Source: Lama glama
Taxonomy: Eukaryota
DNA length: 64,000 nt
Reading direction: 5' to 3'
NCBI GenBank assembly: GCA_028534125.1
Contig: CM052818.1
Location: 38,876,001-38,940,000, forward strand
Within the stretch, counting starts at the first letter, position 1; every line of letters begins with the position of its first letter. Shown one piece after another: positions 13,016-25,925 of this stretch. The notes below the pieces were generated by a model that worked only from the letters and a program-made list of their open reading frames with translations, did not search any database and had not been told where the DNA came from. The position numbers were made by a program, and so were the translations under genes.

Positions 13016-13514
13016 ACATGACCCCTCTACCTTCTCATTATTTCTCCCTCCATCACATGGGCCGGCATCATTATCCCCATCACACAAATGGACTCATCGG
13101 TCTCCCCAGCATACTCAGATTGATGAGTGGGCCAAAGACATGCAGCGAGGACACAGTGGAGAGGTTCCTTCCTCCCACCTCTACTCTCCCACCAAGCCAT
13201 GCCAAACAGAGTGTCCACTCCCTCAGGGCCTGTCAACCCTCACCCCAGCTGCCAAGGCTCCAGGGACCATCCTCTGATACTCTGAGGCTGTCAAGGCCCA
13301 TTGTGGGCTGTTTTTCTGGAGTTTCTGGGGAGATGTGAATGGTAGCAAGTCCATGACACAGAGAGCCTCCCAAACAAGTGGGCACCCTCGCAGAATCTAA
13401 TCTGGACCCCTGGCCCAGGTGCTCTTGGAGGATAGTGTGATGTCTTCCATTTGGGGATGTGGGAGTCAGGGAGCCATGCTATATTTTCCTAGGGCAGTTG
13501 TTGAGGGTGAAAGA

Positions 13515-13610
13515 TCCATTTTACAGATGAGGAAACTGAAGCCAGGAAGATAATGCAATTAACTCAGCATCACACACCAAAACCCAGGTGCCCTGCTCCC
13601 AGCCCAGTGT
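13515..13610 (-). mobile_element. MIR core
   Basis: ccattttacagatgaggaaactgaagcc, the MIR core signature. Confidence 0.7.
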
Positions 13611-14869
13611 TCACATCAGGATACCAGGCAACCAGCCAGAAGGGCTTTCCCGCCCTCCTCTCTCTCATTCCAGCCCCTCCAGGACTCGGCTGGCCTGAAC
13701 TGCTTCAGGGTCCCCGCTCAGGGGCTTGTTAGCCTCTCTCCACAAAGAGAATAACCCTGAGAAGGACTGTCCAGGGTTGGGATGGAGGCAGATTCTGGGG
13801 CTCTGGCTCTTCCGGACTCTCAGAACCCCTCCAGTGGGTGCAAGGGGTTGCCGCCCAGAGCACACCCCCGAGGGTGCCTGCTCCCACGTCAGCGGCCCTG
13901 GCCCACCAAAAGGGACCCATCCCCTCCTCCCCCTCCCTCCCTGTTCCTACCACTCAGAAATAAAAGGAAAAAAACCCTCCAGTTGGCAACCACTCTGAAA
14001 ATATTCTATCTTCTGCTCTTTTCCTGTTCCGAGTAAACAGCAACACAAAATTTGAACAGAAATATGGGAGTGATTTCCACATGGGCCCCTTACTTGGTGA
14101 GATAAAAAATAATTAATTGCCTGGATACTGTGAAGAGATTGTCCTGGAGCAGAAACTGCCTGCTTTCAAGCAGAAACATGCTCCCCGAAATGTCCCAAGA
14201 GCTCCCCTATCTTGAGACTTGCATGCTTGCTGTCCTCATGGCCTGGTAGGTTCTAGCTGGGTCAAGGGCAGTGCGTGTCGGGGATTCGGGTTCCCAGGAT
14301 TTTCACAGCACAGCTGGCTCAGAGGTGCCCCCAAATCTGGGGTCTGGCCTGCCCTGGGCCCAGGCCAGGGAGGAACATCTCATTCTGTCCCGCTGGCTTC
14401 TATACTCCACCCACAACCAGGGAGCACTTCCTGAAAACACTCATTTTATCAAGACCCCTCCCAGCGGCTAAAAGCCCTCGAGATAAAGCTCAGACTCCTC
14501 AACAGGGCTTAAGAGTCACTTCACGATCTGGGCCCTGTTCAGCTTCCAGTCTCAACTCCGAGCCCTCCACACTCCGGCTGCAGGGCCTGCACACGGGGGA
14601 GCTCTGCGACTTTTCACCACTTAGCATGCAGATCCAGCCTCTGCCCAAGAGCCGTCCCTGCGCCTGGCCTGCTCGGGAGGTTTCTCCCGGGCGCTCCCGG
14701 GATGCTTGTGCCTGGAAGCAACACGCTAGATTGTGATTGTGGTGATTGTGGGTTTTCACACCGTGACATAGCCTCTCACAAGTGTTCTATTTCTGACACC
14801 TGGAAGCTTCACAGTTGAAGGAAAAGAACAATGTGTTTCTGAGGCCCACAGGTTTGGCTTATTTGAGGG

Positions 14870-15030
14870 AGAAGCATGTTTGATGCCACTCAGGGTCCCT
14901 AGCACCCAGCACAGCACCTGGAACAGAGGAGGTAATCAGTAAATGTTTAGTGATTGAAAAAATCAAAGAATGAATAAATAACAGAGTAGGCACTCAGTAA
15001 GTGAGTGAAAAATTAAGAGAATGATGAACG
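14870..15030 (+). mobile_element. L2 3' end
   Basis: tccctagcacccagcacagcacctggaacagaggaggtaatcagtaaatgtttagtgattgaa...gaatgaataaat. Confidence 0.65.
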
Positions 15031-15689
15031 AAAGGCCTGTACACCTGAAACACCAGTCCCTTAGCTTCTTCCCCCGTCAGAGCTACATTCATGGGTGAGG
15101 TGCGTTCTGTTCCTTAAGCAGCACTAAAATATCACTGGACTGTAAGGGGACAGAGGAAAGTATGCTCAACAGGACTCCTTTAAAGAATAAAACTGCATGT
15201 GGTTAGTCAGAAGGAATACTTCAATGAACTACACAGAGTGAATCAAGTCACAAAAGATGGCTGTTCATTTGTCTACTAAGAAGGCTGAACCCACTTAACT
15301 GGAACTGGCTTTTGCTTTGTTGAGTGGAGTTTGTAGGTTCAGGCTTGGAGTCAGGATACTCAAGATCACAGAGGGAAGCACGGGGCCCTTTCCTCCCTTC
15401 CTCTCACATCACTCAGACTGTCAGACCAAGACACCCGTGCCTTCATCCAGCCCTGCCGCTAGCCAACTCCATCAGGCCACCTCTTCCAGGAAGCCTTCCC
15501 TCATATCTAGATGGAAATGTCTAAGTCTCCCTCCCTGAACCTGCTTTGCTGGGCCTGCACTGCTGGAGGGCAGGGCTGTCCTCTTCACTTCTCTGCTTGC
15601 AGAGGAATACAGCACAGGTGTGATGCCAGAAGAAGTGGGATTCACCAAGGGAGCTGTGGTAAGTGCACTCTGAAGAAGGCTTAACAGAT

Positions 15690-15914
15690 GTTGTATTTAT
15701 AAAAAGTGTTCCATGATTAAGTAAATATGGGAGGTACTGGGTTAAGTCAGGCTACAGAGGTGCCTTTAAAAGAGGACTGCTCAGAACCGTGCTGATATGC
15801 ATTATGGGTCTCCAAGAGTGGACCAGGATATGCAGTGTTTCTCAAACTTATTTGACTATGGACATTTTGGCTCAAGCAATGCCCTGTTCCACGGCACATA
15901 CTTTGGGAAATGTT
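15690..15914. mobile_element. hAT-Charlie non-autonomous element (Charlie4a/MER103-like)
   Basis: gtgttccatgattaagtaaatatggg...gatatgcattatgggtctccaagag...cagtgtttctcaaacttatttgactatgga...gttccacggcacatactttgggaaatg; subfamily uncertain. Confidence 0.65.
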
Positions 15915-17074
15915 AGAGAATGCCATCTCAGCTCTCTTGTTTTATAGAGAAGGAGTCAAGCCCCAGAGGTGTACTCGCAGAGTCAGGACAGAACCCAGGA
16001 CGCTGCCCATCTCATCGGGACCTCAGAAGCATCGCCCAGGATGAGAAGGAGTCCTGAGCTTCCAGCCGAGGGGATCAGGCAGCAACGTGACCTGGAAAAG
16101 TCTGGGCTCAGTTTGACCCGCCCAGTTCCTGGTAACTCCCAGTCAAGGCCAAAGTCACAATCTGAGTCCTTAAATGGGGGCTGCGGGGTCAGTGTGGAGT
16201 CTTTGGGGGTCTGTTTTTCTTGTTTATTTTTCTAGGATGGTGACAGAAACCTAAATGCTGCTCAGGCCACTGCCTCGGCATCCCAGGAGAGCTAGGAGGG
16301 GGCTTTGGCCGCCCTGAAGGTCTCCCTATTTCCAGGGATCTTAAGAGGCTGCACGAGGATAGACTATTCTTCTAATAGCAGGTCAGACTTTGTCTTTTCA
16401 GTGTCCCCACACCTTCCAGCTTTCTGCCGGCCTCCACCACAAAGTCCGAGCTCATTCTCGGAAGCCGCACCAAGCAGGAGGTGAGGGGCTCCCGCCGGCA
16501 GTGCGGGCAGCCCAGACGCCCAACAGCAAAGGGTGGCTGCTGAGGGGTCTAGACAGGACTCTTGGCTTCCGGCTTCAATGTCTGAGTTCCCAGGGAGGAT
16601 CCAGAAGAGCCCCAGCCCAATTAATTCTTGATACTTTAATTTGTGTATGCTAATTATAACCTCCCGGGGATGGGCTTCGGTAAGGGTCAGAAGTCAGGCT
16701 CTTGTGTATAGGTTCCTTTTTTCTGTGAAGTTTTAAAATAAATAAAAGTTCTAAACACACACTCACTCACACACAAAGACATACATTTTCTTTGTCCCCA
16801 GCTGGATGTGCAACCTTGAAGAACTCCTACTCTCCTTGAATTACGTCTTTAAGGATTTGACATTTAGCAGAGATTTTTATGAGCACATTTATTAGTCATC
16901 CTTCAAAGCAACCATATGAAATGGGTCAAGGGCTTATTCCCTTCAGCAGACTGAAGGGTTGCGTCACCCACAAGATGCTGATATGGTTTAAATGTGTAGA
17001 GAGAGATGCATACACATGTATATATCAGTCAAGCTGTCCTTATCCCCAATAATGGGAGAGGGGGAGATATTTCT

Positions 17075-17290
17075 AGAATAAGCTCATTTTTTGAAAACTT
17101 ACCATGCGCCAGAGTCTATTCCAATCATTTTATAAACATATCTCATGTTATTCTCAAGGCAACTATAGGAAGTAGATACTATTATTGATTTTTATCAAAT
17201 GAGGAAACCTAACTCAGAAAGGTTAAGTGACTGGCCCAAGGTCACACAGCAAGCAGGCAACAGAGGGGTTTTTCTGGCTCTGAAGACCAT
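17075..17290 (-). mobile_element. MIR SINE
   Basis: cttaccatgcgccag...ctataggaagtagatactattatt...aatgaggaaacct...aggttaagtgactggcccaaggtcacacagc. Confidence 0.8.
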
Positions 17291-19439
17291 GTATTATCGA
17301 TTGCATCGTCCTGCCTTATCATGAAATGGAATCCTTGTAAAACTCCTCTGCTTTCTTTAAGCAAATAACATGACTGTCCTGGCTGTGGGCTTGAGGGACA
17401 ATGGAGTCCTCAGTGACAAGGTCAGCCTCTAAGAATCTCCCACAGTTCTTCCCCCAGGGAAAGAGGCTCTGGAGAAGGCATATCTGGACCCAGACTCCAG
17501 GTCTGCCACTCGCTGTGTCCTCTCGCTGGGTTCCCAGGGGCCTTCTCCTGGCCCATGTCCCTGGCAGAGTATTTGGATTCGGATCTGCTTGGTGATGCAG
17601 TGCCCTGATATGCCCTGAGGAGGCTTCCTGCCTCCAGCTTCCACCACCACTTCCTCTGAGAAGAGAGGTGATGCTTGTTAGCTTCCATGGGCCTGGGGTT
17701 GCCTGGCCCAGGTGCATTTGGACTGAGATGTAAATGATGAAGCAGGATTACTGATGACAGCCAAAGTCTAAGTGATCAGAGCACTGGCAGGCAGTGCCTG
17801 CATGAACAGTGCCTGGTGGGTACATCTGCTAAGAGCCCTCGCTCCGACCGTGTCCTCAGCCCCAGCGCTCACCCTCCACTAAGGAAGGAGGTGGCCGGGA
17901 GCTGGCACCTCAGACCCATCCGAAGTAACACAGAGAGGCTGCAGAGCTGCAGGGAAATAGAATGCTTTCCGAGTTCTAAGGCCTCCTGACTCTCATATTC
18001 TGTGCAGAGAACATTTGTTTTGTCCTGTGGAAATTCCCCAAGTGGATGGACTAAAAGTCGATTCCAGCTGGACCCCTCTGCTCCCTCTGGCCACGTTTCC
18101 CCTGTTTCCGTTCCCGTGATCTACCCCTTGCCCCTTCCAGATCTGAAAGTGACCTCCTGGGCCTCCTGGGGATGCAACTGTCCTCCTGCCACGGCTCAGA
18201 TCTTGGGCTGCTCCTTCCTGGGGAGGATCAGCCAGCCGCCCACTGTCAACCCCCTCTCGCCTCTGCTAGCCTTCCTGTTCCAGCCATGAGCCTCCCTAGG
18301 GGCTTGTTTAGACTGGAGACAATTGCCTCAAATAAAGAAGCACTGGCCTCCTCCCTTTGTGGCTAAAATTATCAGAAACTGAACATGTGTTGCTGACCTC
18401 AGCCCTCCTCCAGCCCTGGTCCCTCTGGGAGCCTGTGCTGCCCCCACACCGGCCCCTGTGCCAGCCCTGGACGAGGCAGGATCCTTCTAAAAGAGCTACT
18501 GCACTGCCTGCTTTTGCTGACTCCACATCATGTCCACTGAGAATGTGGGGTCCAGGTAGCCGGGGGTGCTAGCATGTCTCCCGGGAGGAGTGGAAGCTCG
18601 GACCACTTCACTGCGGCCACCACTGCCATTGCCAGGGCCACAACCACCGTGAGACTCCTCCCTGGAAATGCATAGCGAGTCTCTTTACCTCCTTCCCTTC
18701 CGGACTGCTGGTCCACAGCCACCTCCATGCTGGTTTCCTCCTCACTCACTGAACTTTCTCAGTTACTTGCATTCTTGCTGTTGGATAGATCCCAGCTCCT
18801 GTATTATTCCATTGCACCCAGGATGCTTAGGGAAAGGAATGTCATAGCCGCTCCCCGACTTTTTTTTCACTCCCTAGAGAGATATGCTCAGAGATAGGTC
18901 CCCAACAGAAAACATTTGTTGAGCATGTTGGTAGAAAGCCTAGAAGTGCCCCTGCATCCATTTGTCCCTGCAGCAGACACTCGAGGAGACACAGCCCAGA
19001 CACCAAGCAGGAGCAGAAACTGTGCCCAGTAGGGCATGAAACCCCTCACTGACATCATCTCCCAGAAGCTTCTCAAGCCTCCCATGTGGCAGGTAGGGCA
19101 GGGATTTTGCAGAAGGGGTGACTCGAGGCCCAGGTCAGGGAGGTGGCTGGCTCCACTTAAATGACCCAAGCCCCTCTCTCCAGCTGAAGGCCTTTGCACG
19201 AACTCTCCTGCCCTAACCAGCCCAGCTCACAGAATTTAGCCTGGGATGGGAGCAGGGTGGGGGACACAGAAAGCAAAAGCAGTGGTCCCATCACAGGGCC
19301 CAAAGGGACCCCTCCCTGGAGAGCTTGCCCTGCTTCGGCCCTGGATTTCCCTTCTGTCTGCAGAAATGACCATTCCTGGATTGTATTCCCTCTCAGCTGC
19401 ACAGCAGAAATGTCACTGGTTGTGGTGTGAGGCAGGCCT

Positions 19440-19568
19440 GGACTGGAATAGCGGCTTGCCAGGGGCAGTCACCCTTTACACCGGTTGTCCTGGTATAATA
19501 ATATCTCAGGGCTCCTTTTCCATCTAAAATTGCCCCAGTCAGGACCATACATTGTATGTCTTCTTACT
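19440..19568 (-). mobile_element. MER94-like hAT-Blackjack element
   Basis: Reverse complement reads ...catacaatgtatggtcctgactggggcaattttagatggaaaaggagcc...tattataccaggacaaccggtgtaaa...ctgcccctggcaagcc, as in MER94. Confidence 0.6.
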
Positions 19569-19837
19569 AAGGCAGAAGGCACGGCACGTGGACAGCGGTG
19601 GGGGCAACCTGATTTGGGACCCATCTAGTTCCGTGACTAGAGAGGGGAACAGAGAACGAGGTGTCCCCTTGAGGACACTGCTCTGGGGGGCTGGCTGCAT
19701 CTATAAGGAGATTCTGCAGCCCTAGAAGGAAACCCTGGCCGTGTCTCGAGGTGCTTGGCAAGATAAAATACCGAGAAAGGAAAGCAGAGTCTGAATTCCC
19801 TGAGCTGGACCCTGCATCTGGAGACAAAAGGCACCCA

Positions 19838-19962
19838 AGGGCAGGGCCACCACTTTGCACACCTCTGGGGGCAGGGGAGGTGCCACTCACATCGTGGTCT
19901 TGGTGAATGGTGTCACCTGGAATTGTGCAGTATGCAGCCTGTCCAGCTGTACAGGGCAGCCA
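19838..19962. mobile_element. MER91-like palindromic hAT-Tip100 MITE
   Basis: ggtgccactcacatcgtggtcttggtgaatggtgtcacctggaattgtgcagtatgcagcctg matches the palindromic MER91 centre. Confidence 0.65.
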
Positions 19963-20124
19963 GTCTAAAGTGCCCAGGGGAAAGCAGGATTTGGTGAGCA
20001 GAGGCTAGATCACGTCAGAGGGCAAGAATAAGTTGGGAGCTGAGAAGCTACCAACACAGGAGCAACGTAAACCCTCAAGAAGGAGAGGAATCATTCTCAG
20101 TCTGGGGAGGAATGCTTTTAAATC

Positions 20125-20620
20125 GGTTCAACGAGACTCATATCAACAAACACTGATTGAACAGCTACTATGTACCAAGCCCGGAAAATAACTGGAGGGA
20201 ATCAGACACTGCCATTGAGGAGCTTCTGGGCCAGGAGGGAAGAGGGCAGGTTGTCCACGGCCTGTCCTGCATGGCGGAGCCAGCTCAAGGAGATGCAGGC
20301 TGGGACAGGAGCAGAGGAGGAGCCCCGGAGGGGTGTGCTGGGTCTGTTCATTCTGGCTGCACAGACTGAGATGGTATTCTCAGGTCACTTGAATGATGGG
20401 GATGCAGATATGCAGGACGTCATCTCAGCCACAGAGCCAGCCCTCAGAGAGCTGGATCAGCATTCAGGATCCCCAGAGTCCAGGAAACTGGCAGCAGCTT
20501 GGGGTAAGATCACAGTCTTCCAATTCCAGGCTTGATTCTGGAGGAGGTGCCATAAAATGTTTCTGAGCAAAGGAGTGACTCAGTCAGATTCTTCAATAGC
20601 CTTGGAGCTGTGGTCCTGGC
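20125..20620 (-). mobile_element. L2 (degraded)
   Basis: tcaacaaacactgattgaacagctactatgtaccaagc at the start; tttctgagcaaaggagtgactcagtcagatt near the end. Confidence 0.55.
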
Positions 20621-20999
20621 TTATGCTGTTCCCCGCCCCCACCCATGACTTGCCAACACTTTCTCCTCGGCACCTCCGCTGTCAGGGAGGGGCTCCAGCC
20701 AGAAGCAGCCTGAGCCACGGGCAGCACAAAGGCAGGGTAGCTGCTGGGAGGAGAGAGTGCCTGGCCCAGGCTGAGCCCCTTCAGTTAGTGGGAATCGCTC
20801 TGTCCTGCAGAGCCTGGCTTCCCAAGGGAGACAGCTCAAGGCCACGTGGACGTGCTAACCAGGGCTGCTGTCAGATGGGCCCAGCTAGCCTGGGAGGACC
20901 TAAGAGCCCTTATGAAATTCTCCACTGCTGTTTGCTCCAGCAAGTAGATTTTCTTTGCCCATCTTCTAGCAATAAAGTGCAGTTCCCTACATCACATGG

Positions 21000-21439
21000 T
21001 GTGTGTGTCCCAGGGCTGCTGCAAACAATGACCACAGACTGAGTGGCTTAAAACAACAGAAATGTTTTCTCTCATAGTTCTGGGGACCAGAAGTGCAAAA
21101 TCAAGGAGTTGGGAGGCCACACTTCCTCCAAGGCTACAGAGGAGAATCCTTCCTTGGCTCTACCAGCTTCCAGTGGCTCCACACATTTCTTGGCTTGCAG
21201 CTGCATGACTCCAAACTGCCGTCCATCCTCCTCCTCTTCTCTCTGACTTCTCTCCTGCTACTCAGGGACACTTGTCTGATTTTAGGGCTCACCTGGTGAT
21301 AATTCATGATGATCTCATCTCAAGATCCATAACTGCATTACAACTGCAAAGACCCTTTTTCTAAATAAGGTCGCAGTCACAGCTTCTGGGGCTTAGGATG
21401 GGGCATGTCTTCTTGGGGGTCACCTTTCAACTTGTGACA
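21000..21439 (-). mobile_element. MaLR solo LTR, MLT1C-like
   Basis: agggctgctgcaaacaatgaccacagactgagtggcttaaaacaacagaaatg...ctcatctcaagatcc...tgcaaagaccctttttctaaataaggtc...gaca; near full length. Confidence 0.85.
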
Positions 21440-21444
21440 CACGA

Positions 21445-21640
21445 TCTTTGGACTCAGACAGAGCCAGGATGAAACCCTGTCTTAATTACTTACTCGCTGA
21501 GTTGGGCTTGGACAAGTTTAGTAATCTCCCTGAACCTTATTCCTTTATTATTAAAATAGGAAAAGTATCTATTCATAGGGTTGTTATGAGACTTACATGA
21601 GATCATTGCTTGGCATAGAGTACACAGTAAATGGCATTGA
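21445..21640 (+). mobile_element. MIR SINE
   Basis: ctttggactcagacagagccagg...ttggacaagtttagtaatctccctgaacct...tcatagggttgttatgaga. Confidence 0.75.
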
Positions 21641-21664
21641 TGATGACGAAGAAGATGATGAAGA

Positions 21665-21775
21665 ATTGACTCAGAGAAGTGAAGGGAGTTGCCCAAGGGC
21701 TCACAGCACTTAGGTGGCAGAGCCAGAACTGAGCTCAGATCGCTCTCTTACACCAGAAGCCACGCTCTTGCCATA
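21665..21775 (-). mobile_element. MIR fragment
   Basis: ctcagagaagtgaagggagttgcccaagggctcacagcacttaggtggcagagccagaact. Confidence 0.65.
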
Positions 21776-22720
21776 TACCTTGTCCTCCTATTACCTGTAC
21801 TGAAGTTGTGACCTTGCTCTGTTGGCTGGTTCCTCGGGGACATCTCAGGCTCATCAGGTCCATGCCAGAGACTGTGGGCTCTTTGGCAGGAAGGTGAACA
21901 GCATCTCAAAGTGGAGTGAAAAACCAACTATTGGCCCCGAGGAGGTGAGATTAGGATCAGAATTATTCCAGTGGCAACAGGGGAAATCAGACTTGGCCTC
22001 CTCTTGTGTAAGAAGCAGTTGGTCACAGTCTCACTGGGGTTGCTGGCCGTTCGCCATGCAGTGATGGGGTGGGCTCTGTCCATGTGCTGTCTGTCAAGAC
22101 TTGCCTCTTCCCTGTGGGGTGGGGAGAGTATCCCATCCAGGATTTAACTTCCTCTTGGTGTTGTCTGCATCTGGGGAAGCAGCCTCTGCATGGAGGTTAG
22201 GACATCACTGGCCCAGAATGAAAAGAACGCTGCCAGGAAAATCAAGGCAGGGTTAAGTCCTCCCTCTAAGAGCTCTTTGAAATCTGATCTTCCCTCCCCT
22301 CAAAAAAGACAAGACTTTGATCTTCAAGCCGCTGCCGCTCAGATTTCCCATGCTGTCTGTCTTGAAAGGCACCTGCCAGCTTTCTCAGGAGGGCCTTCTT
22401 ATCAGTGCAGTTGCTACTTACACCGACACTGGGCTTGGTTCGGGACTCCGGGGAGAAAGACATGGGCCTGAGCTTCTGTCTTGGGTGGGATGGAACTAAA
22501 TAGGTGGAGCCTAGCGTTGCTGATCCCTGGGGAGGATGTCAAGTCCTGGTCCCCTCAGGACAGCACCTGAGGGGTGGAGGCAGAGCCAGGGCTTGGCAGG
22601 GTCCTGGCCAGGTCCTCAGGGAGGAACAAATGGATCATCCAAAAGGAAATTAGTGGAAGGGGCAAGGAGTGGAAAGGATAGTGTGTCTCCCTCCTAATGA
22701 AACATGAAAAGGTTCTGGCA

Positions 22721-22843
<123 letters not shown>

Positions 22844-25679
22844 ACAGGGAAGTGAGTGGCCCTCATGGCAGGAACGTGGGACTAGGGGAAGGGCAGAAGT
22901 GGCTCTTGGCCAGGTGGTGACTCACAGTACAAAGCTCATCAAGCATGAGGAGAGTCCAGAGCTGTGACCTGTGGTCCAAGGGGGTCTCAGAGCCCCAGGG
23001 CTCAGGCTGAGGGAGAGGAAGCCTGTTCCCAGGCAGGCGATCAGCAAACTTTCACCAGATGCCCTGTCTGCAGCTGAGCCCCTGGCCCAGGAACTGGCAC
23101 CAGCCCCAGCCTCTGGCCTGCCAGATGGTGGCAGGCATGTGGGCTAAAGGCTAATGTGGGTCTGTAGCTCTGGCAATGAAAGGGCTTTCTTCTGGGGCTC
23201 CGCAGCCCCTCCGCGGAGGGCTCCCAGAGTCTCGGAGCACACGAGGTGGGTCTGGGGGAGGAAAGGCAGCGCTGGCTCTGTGCCCACCCCAATCCGGAGC
23301 CACTTGTCTCCTTCCTTTCTCCCCCTCTTCACTTTCTCTCCTGGCCAAGTCCAAACCCAGCCCAACTTAATGGCCCAAGAAGTAGGACAGCTCTTTCTCC
23401 CCCAGGCCTGCTTACATCCGAGATCATCCTGAGGACCCTTTTACCAAGACAGCATACTTAGCTATAGCAGTCAGCAAAGGGGTTCAGCAGGGCCCCGTCT
23501 CTGTGACATCTGCTTAAACGAACCACCCGTCATGCTAGGTTCTGCCAGTGACAGAGTCAGACAGAGGCTTTCCCCCCGTGGGGGACTGGTAAGATATCCT
23601 TGCCATCGGGACAGTCACAGTCTAGCTTCGATCCAAGAAGCATTTTAAGTCCTTGGAGAAAGCGGACCATTGTATATGTGCTCCCAGATGGAGGATTAAA
23701 AATTCTCATAAAATGTTGATCTCAGAAGCTCATTTCCTTCTTAAGTCATTTCAAGAACCCTTGTACACACCAGGATTACGTTTGAACTTGGTGTAGCTTT
23801 CAAGACCCTGCACGGTCTGACCCTGAGCACTGCCGCAAGCCCCTGCCACTCCACAGGCTCCCTGTGCGCCGTTCGTGCAGAATTAACTGCTGGATCCTGG
23901 GTAGACCATGCTTGGTGACTCCAAGGCACCTTTGCACAGAACATCCTCCTCCTTGTCTTTCTGGAAAGCTTCTTTTCATCTTCAACTACAGCTCAAACTT
24001 TAGCTCTTCAGTAATGTAGGAGATACTCGGTGGATGGAGGGGTAGAAAGGAGGGCCCCTCTTGGAGTTAGATATCTCTCATTCTACAGAATTACCAAAGG
24101 TAATGAGGGAAATAGTGGTCCTAAGGATGTTCAATTTTCCAAATTCAAGGTAATCCAAACATGCTCAATTCCAAGTATAATCCAAAGTGTATTAGACCAT
24201 TGACGGGATGGCATACAGATTGCAGATGTTTTGAGCCGCTTCATTAAAAAAAAAAATCGTTGAGACATTGGAGTAAATTACCTCATAAGCCACTGGCTAG
24301 GCTGTAGGCCGTCCACTAATCCACCCCCACCTCACCTCTCCAGGGTGCTGGGGTCCATCCTGAGACCCACTAGCCAGGGTGCTCCAGGAAGCTGGGTGAC
24401 CTCCAGAGCCCTCTGCTTGGCATTTTCTCTTACTGGAAGAGGCCTCCTGCTCTAGGCTGTGTTTGTGGGGGCTGTTTGCTGTTTCCTTAAATAGTCATCA
24501 AACTGAAAATTTTGAAAGATCCCTTATGAAAGTATTTCTGTCTAAAATAGAAACTGCTTAATATTATTTCTTTCTAAGAATAAGCTCCAGATACCTCCAC
24601 GAGCCCCTTGTCCGAGGAGGACAGGGGGAAGATGGAGAAAAAAGAGACCCAGTCTACTTGTAGAATCACAGACTCCTCAGGTCATCCTGAGGAGTCATCC
24701 CTGACAGTCCTCTGCCTCCAGGCAGGAACATCCTTAGCAACAGAGCGGGGCCTGTTCCCCATCCAACACATTGTCAGGTTCCTGTGATCTGGGGGCTGCA
24801 GGGGCCTGTTGTGGGTTGAGAGTGGGTGCACTCTTGCTGTCTGAGATTTTGCCTGCATCAGGTTCGGATCCACCCACCCCACCACAGACGCCTCCTCATT
24901 CCTCTGCAGGGACACGTTGGCACTTCCCTGCCCTGCCCCCACCAAGCCGCAAACCCACAGTGCCAGGCAGACAGCAGGTGCTTTAATCACCACTTGCTGG
25001 CCTGAATCGACCCATGAGCCTGGTTGCAAAGACTCTCCTCACGCTTGCCAGCTGGTCCTCACCTCTGAATCACCTGTGACTGGTTAGGACTCTTGGTTTC
25101 TTCAAAGCCTTGCCCCAACAGCAGGTTTCCAGGACCTTTGCCACCGGCAGGGCACAGAAGAAATCCCATGGAGCCCAGGAACCTGGTCAGTTTCGAGAAG
25201 AGGGTGGCCTCCATCAGGGACCCCCGGAGGGCGTGTGGCTACTTATCTCTCTTGTTGAGACTCCAGGCAGAGGAGACCTGGAGACACCTTCCCACACTAC
25301 CTCCCCCGCACAACCCAGATCAAGTCCACCCCGACAAGGCAGCCAGGTGTGCACGCATCTAGGGGACACCTGCCCACCTGTCCTTTCGGAGAGAGCTGGG
25401 CAGGGGGTGGGGGTCCAGCCCAGTGGGATTCCAGCTGCAGTGCTCTCAAGGCTGCTGTTGACACTCATGACAGGGCCATGGGAGTCACATGGCCTGGGGC
25501 TGCGTGGGGGACGGAGGGCATCACACATTCTAGAACTGTGAGCCATAAAGAAGCATGTACCTTGCACTGAGGCAGGGCTGAGGACCCCCATCTGCCTTCC
25601 CAGCCTAAGAGAGTTGTACGAGCAGCAAGGCCCATTGGGAGCCTGGTGTAGAGGCAAGTAAGGGCTGATGGGGCCTTGG

Positions 25680-25785
25680 AGCAGGTGGTTGAATCCCTGT
25701 GGTGGTAAGTGGCCAGGTCTGGAACGCATTTAGGAGGTGAAGTGAATAGAACTTGCTGATGGGTTACATTTGGGGGATGAGGGAT
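25680..25785 (-). mobile_element. L2 fragment
   Basis: aagtggccaggtctggaacgcatttaggaggtgaagtgaatagaacttgctgatgggttacatttgggggatgaggga. Confidence 0.6.
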
Positions 25786-25925
25786 TGCAGTGGGTTAAAT
25801 AGCATCCTCCCAAAATTCAAGTCTACCGGGAGCCTCCAAATGCGACTTTATTTGGAGTAAGGTCTTGGCAGAGGTAATTAAAGTGTGGCCGGACTTGATT
25901 GGGATAGGCCCTAAGTCCCTTCATG
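25786..25925 (+). mobile_element. MaLR LTR 5' fragment (MLT1B/C-like)
   Basis: tgcagtgggttaaatagcatcctcccaaaattcaagtctacc...aatgcgactttatttggagtaaggtcttggcagaggtaattaa. Confidence 0.7.

Noticed and set aside
12687..13277. Longest ORF (196 aa)
   Set aside because: Non-ATG start, runs through an L2 tail fragment (12948-13015), no recognisable domain; length is unremarkable for GC-rich DNA.
17730..17790. Possible C/D-box snoRNA (atgatga...ctga)
   Set aside because: No properly placed terminal D box or closing stem.
19838..19962. Long hairpin as a miRNA candidate
   Set aside because: Explained by the palindromic MER91 MITE.
20170..20535. Protein-like ORF ending near a GTAAGA donor
   Set aside because: Lies within a degraded antisense L2.
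22071..22090. REST/RE1-like site (reverse complement acagcacatggacagagccc)
   Set aside because: One base short of canonical half-site spacing, with a mismatch in the left half.
23207..23220. Perfect 14-bp palindrome ccctccgcggaggg
   Set aside because: About 64000/4^7, roughly 4, are expected by chance in a window this size.
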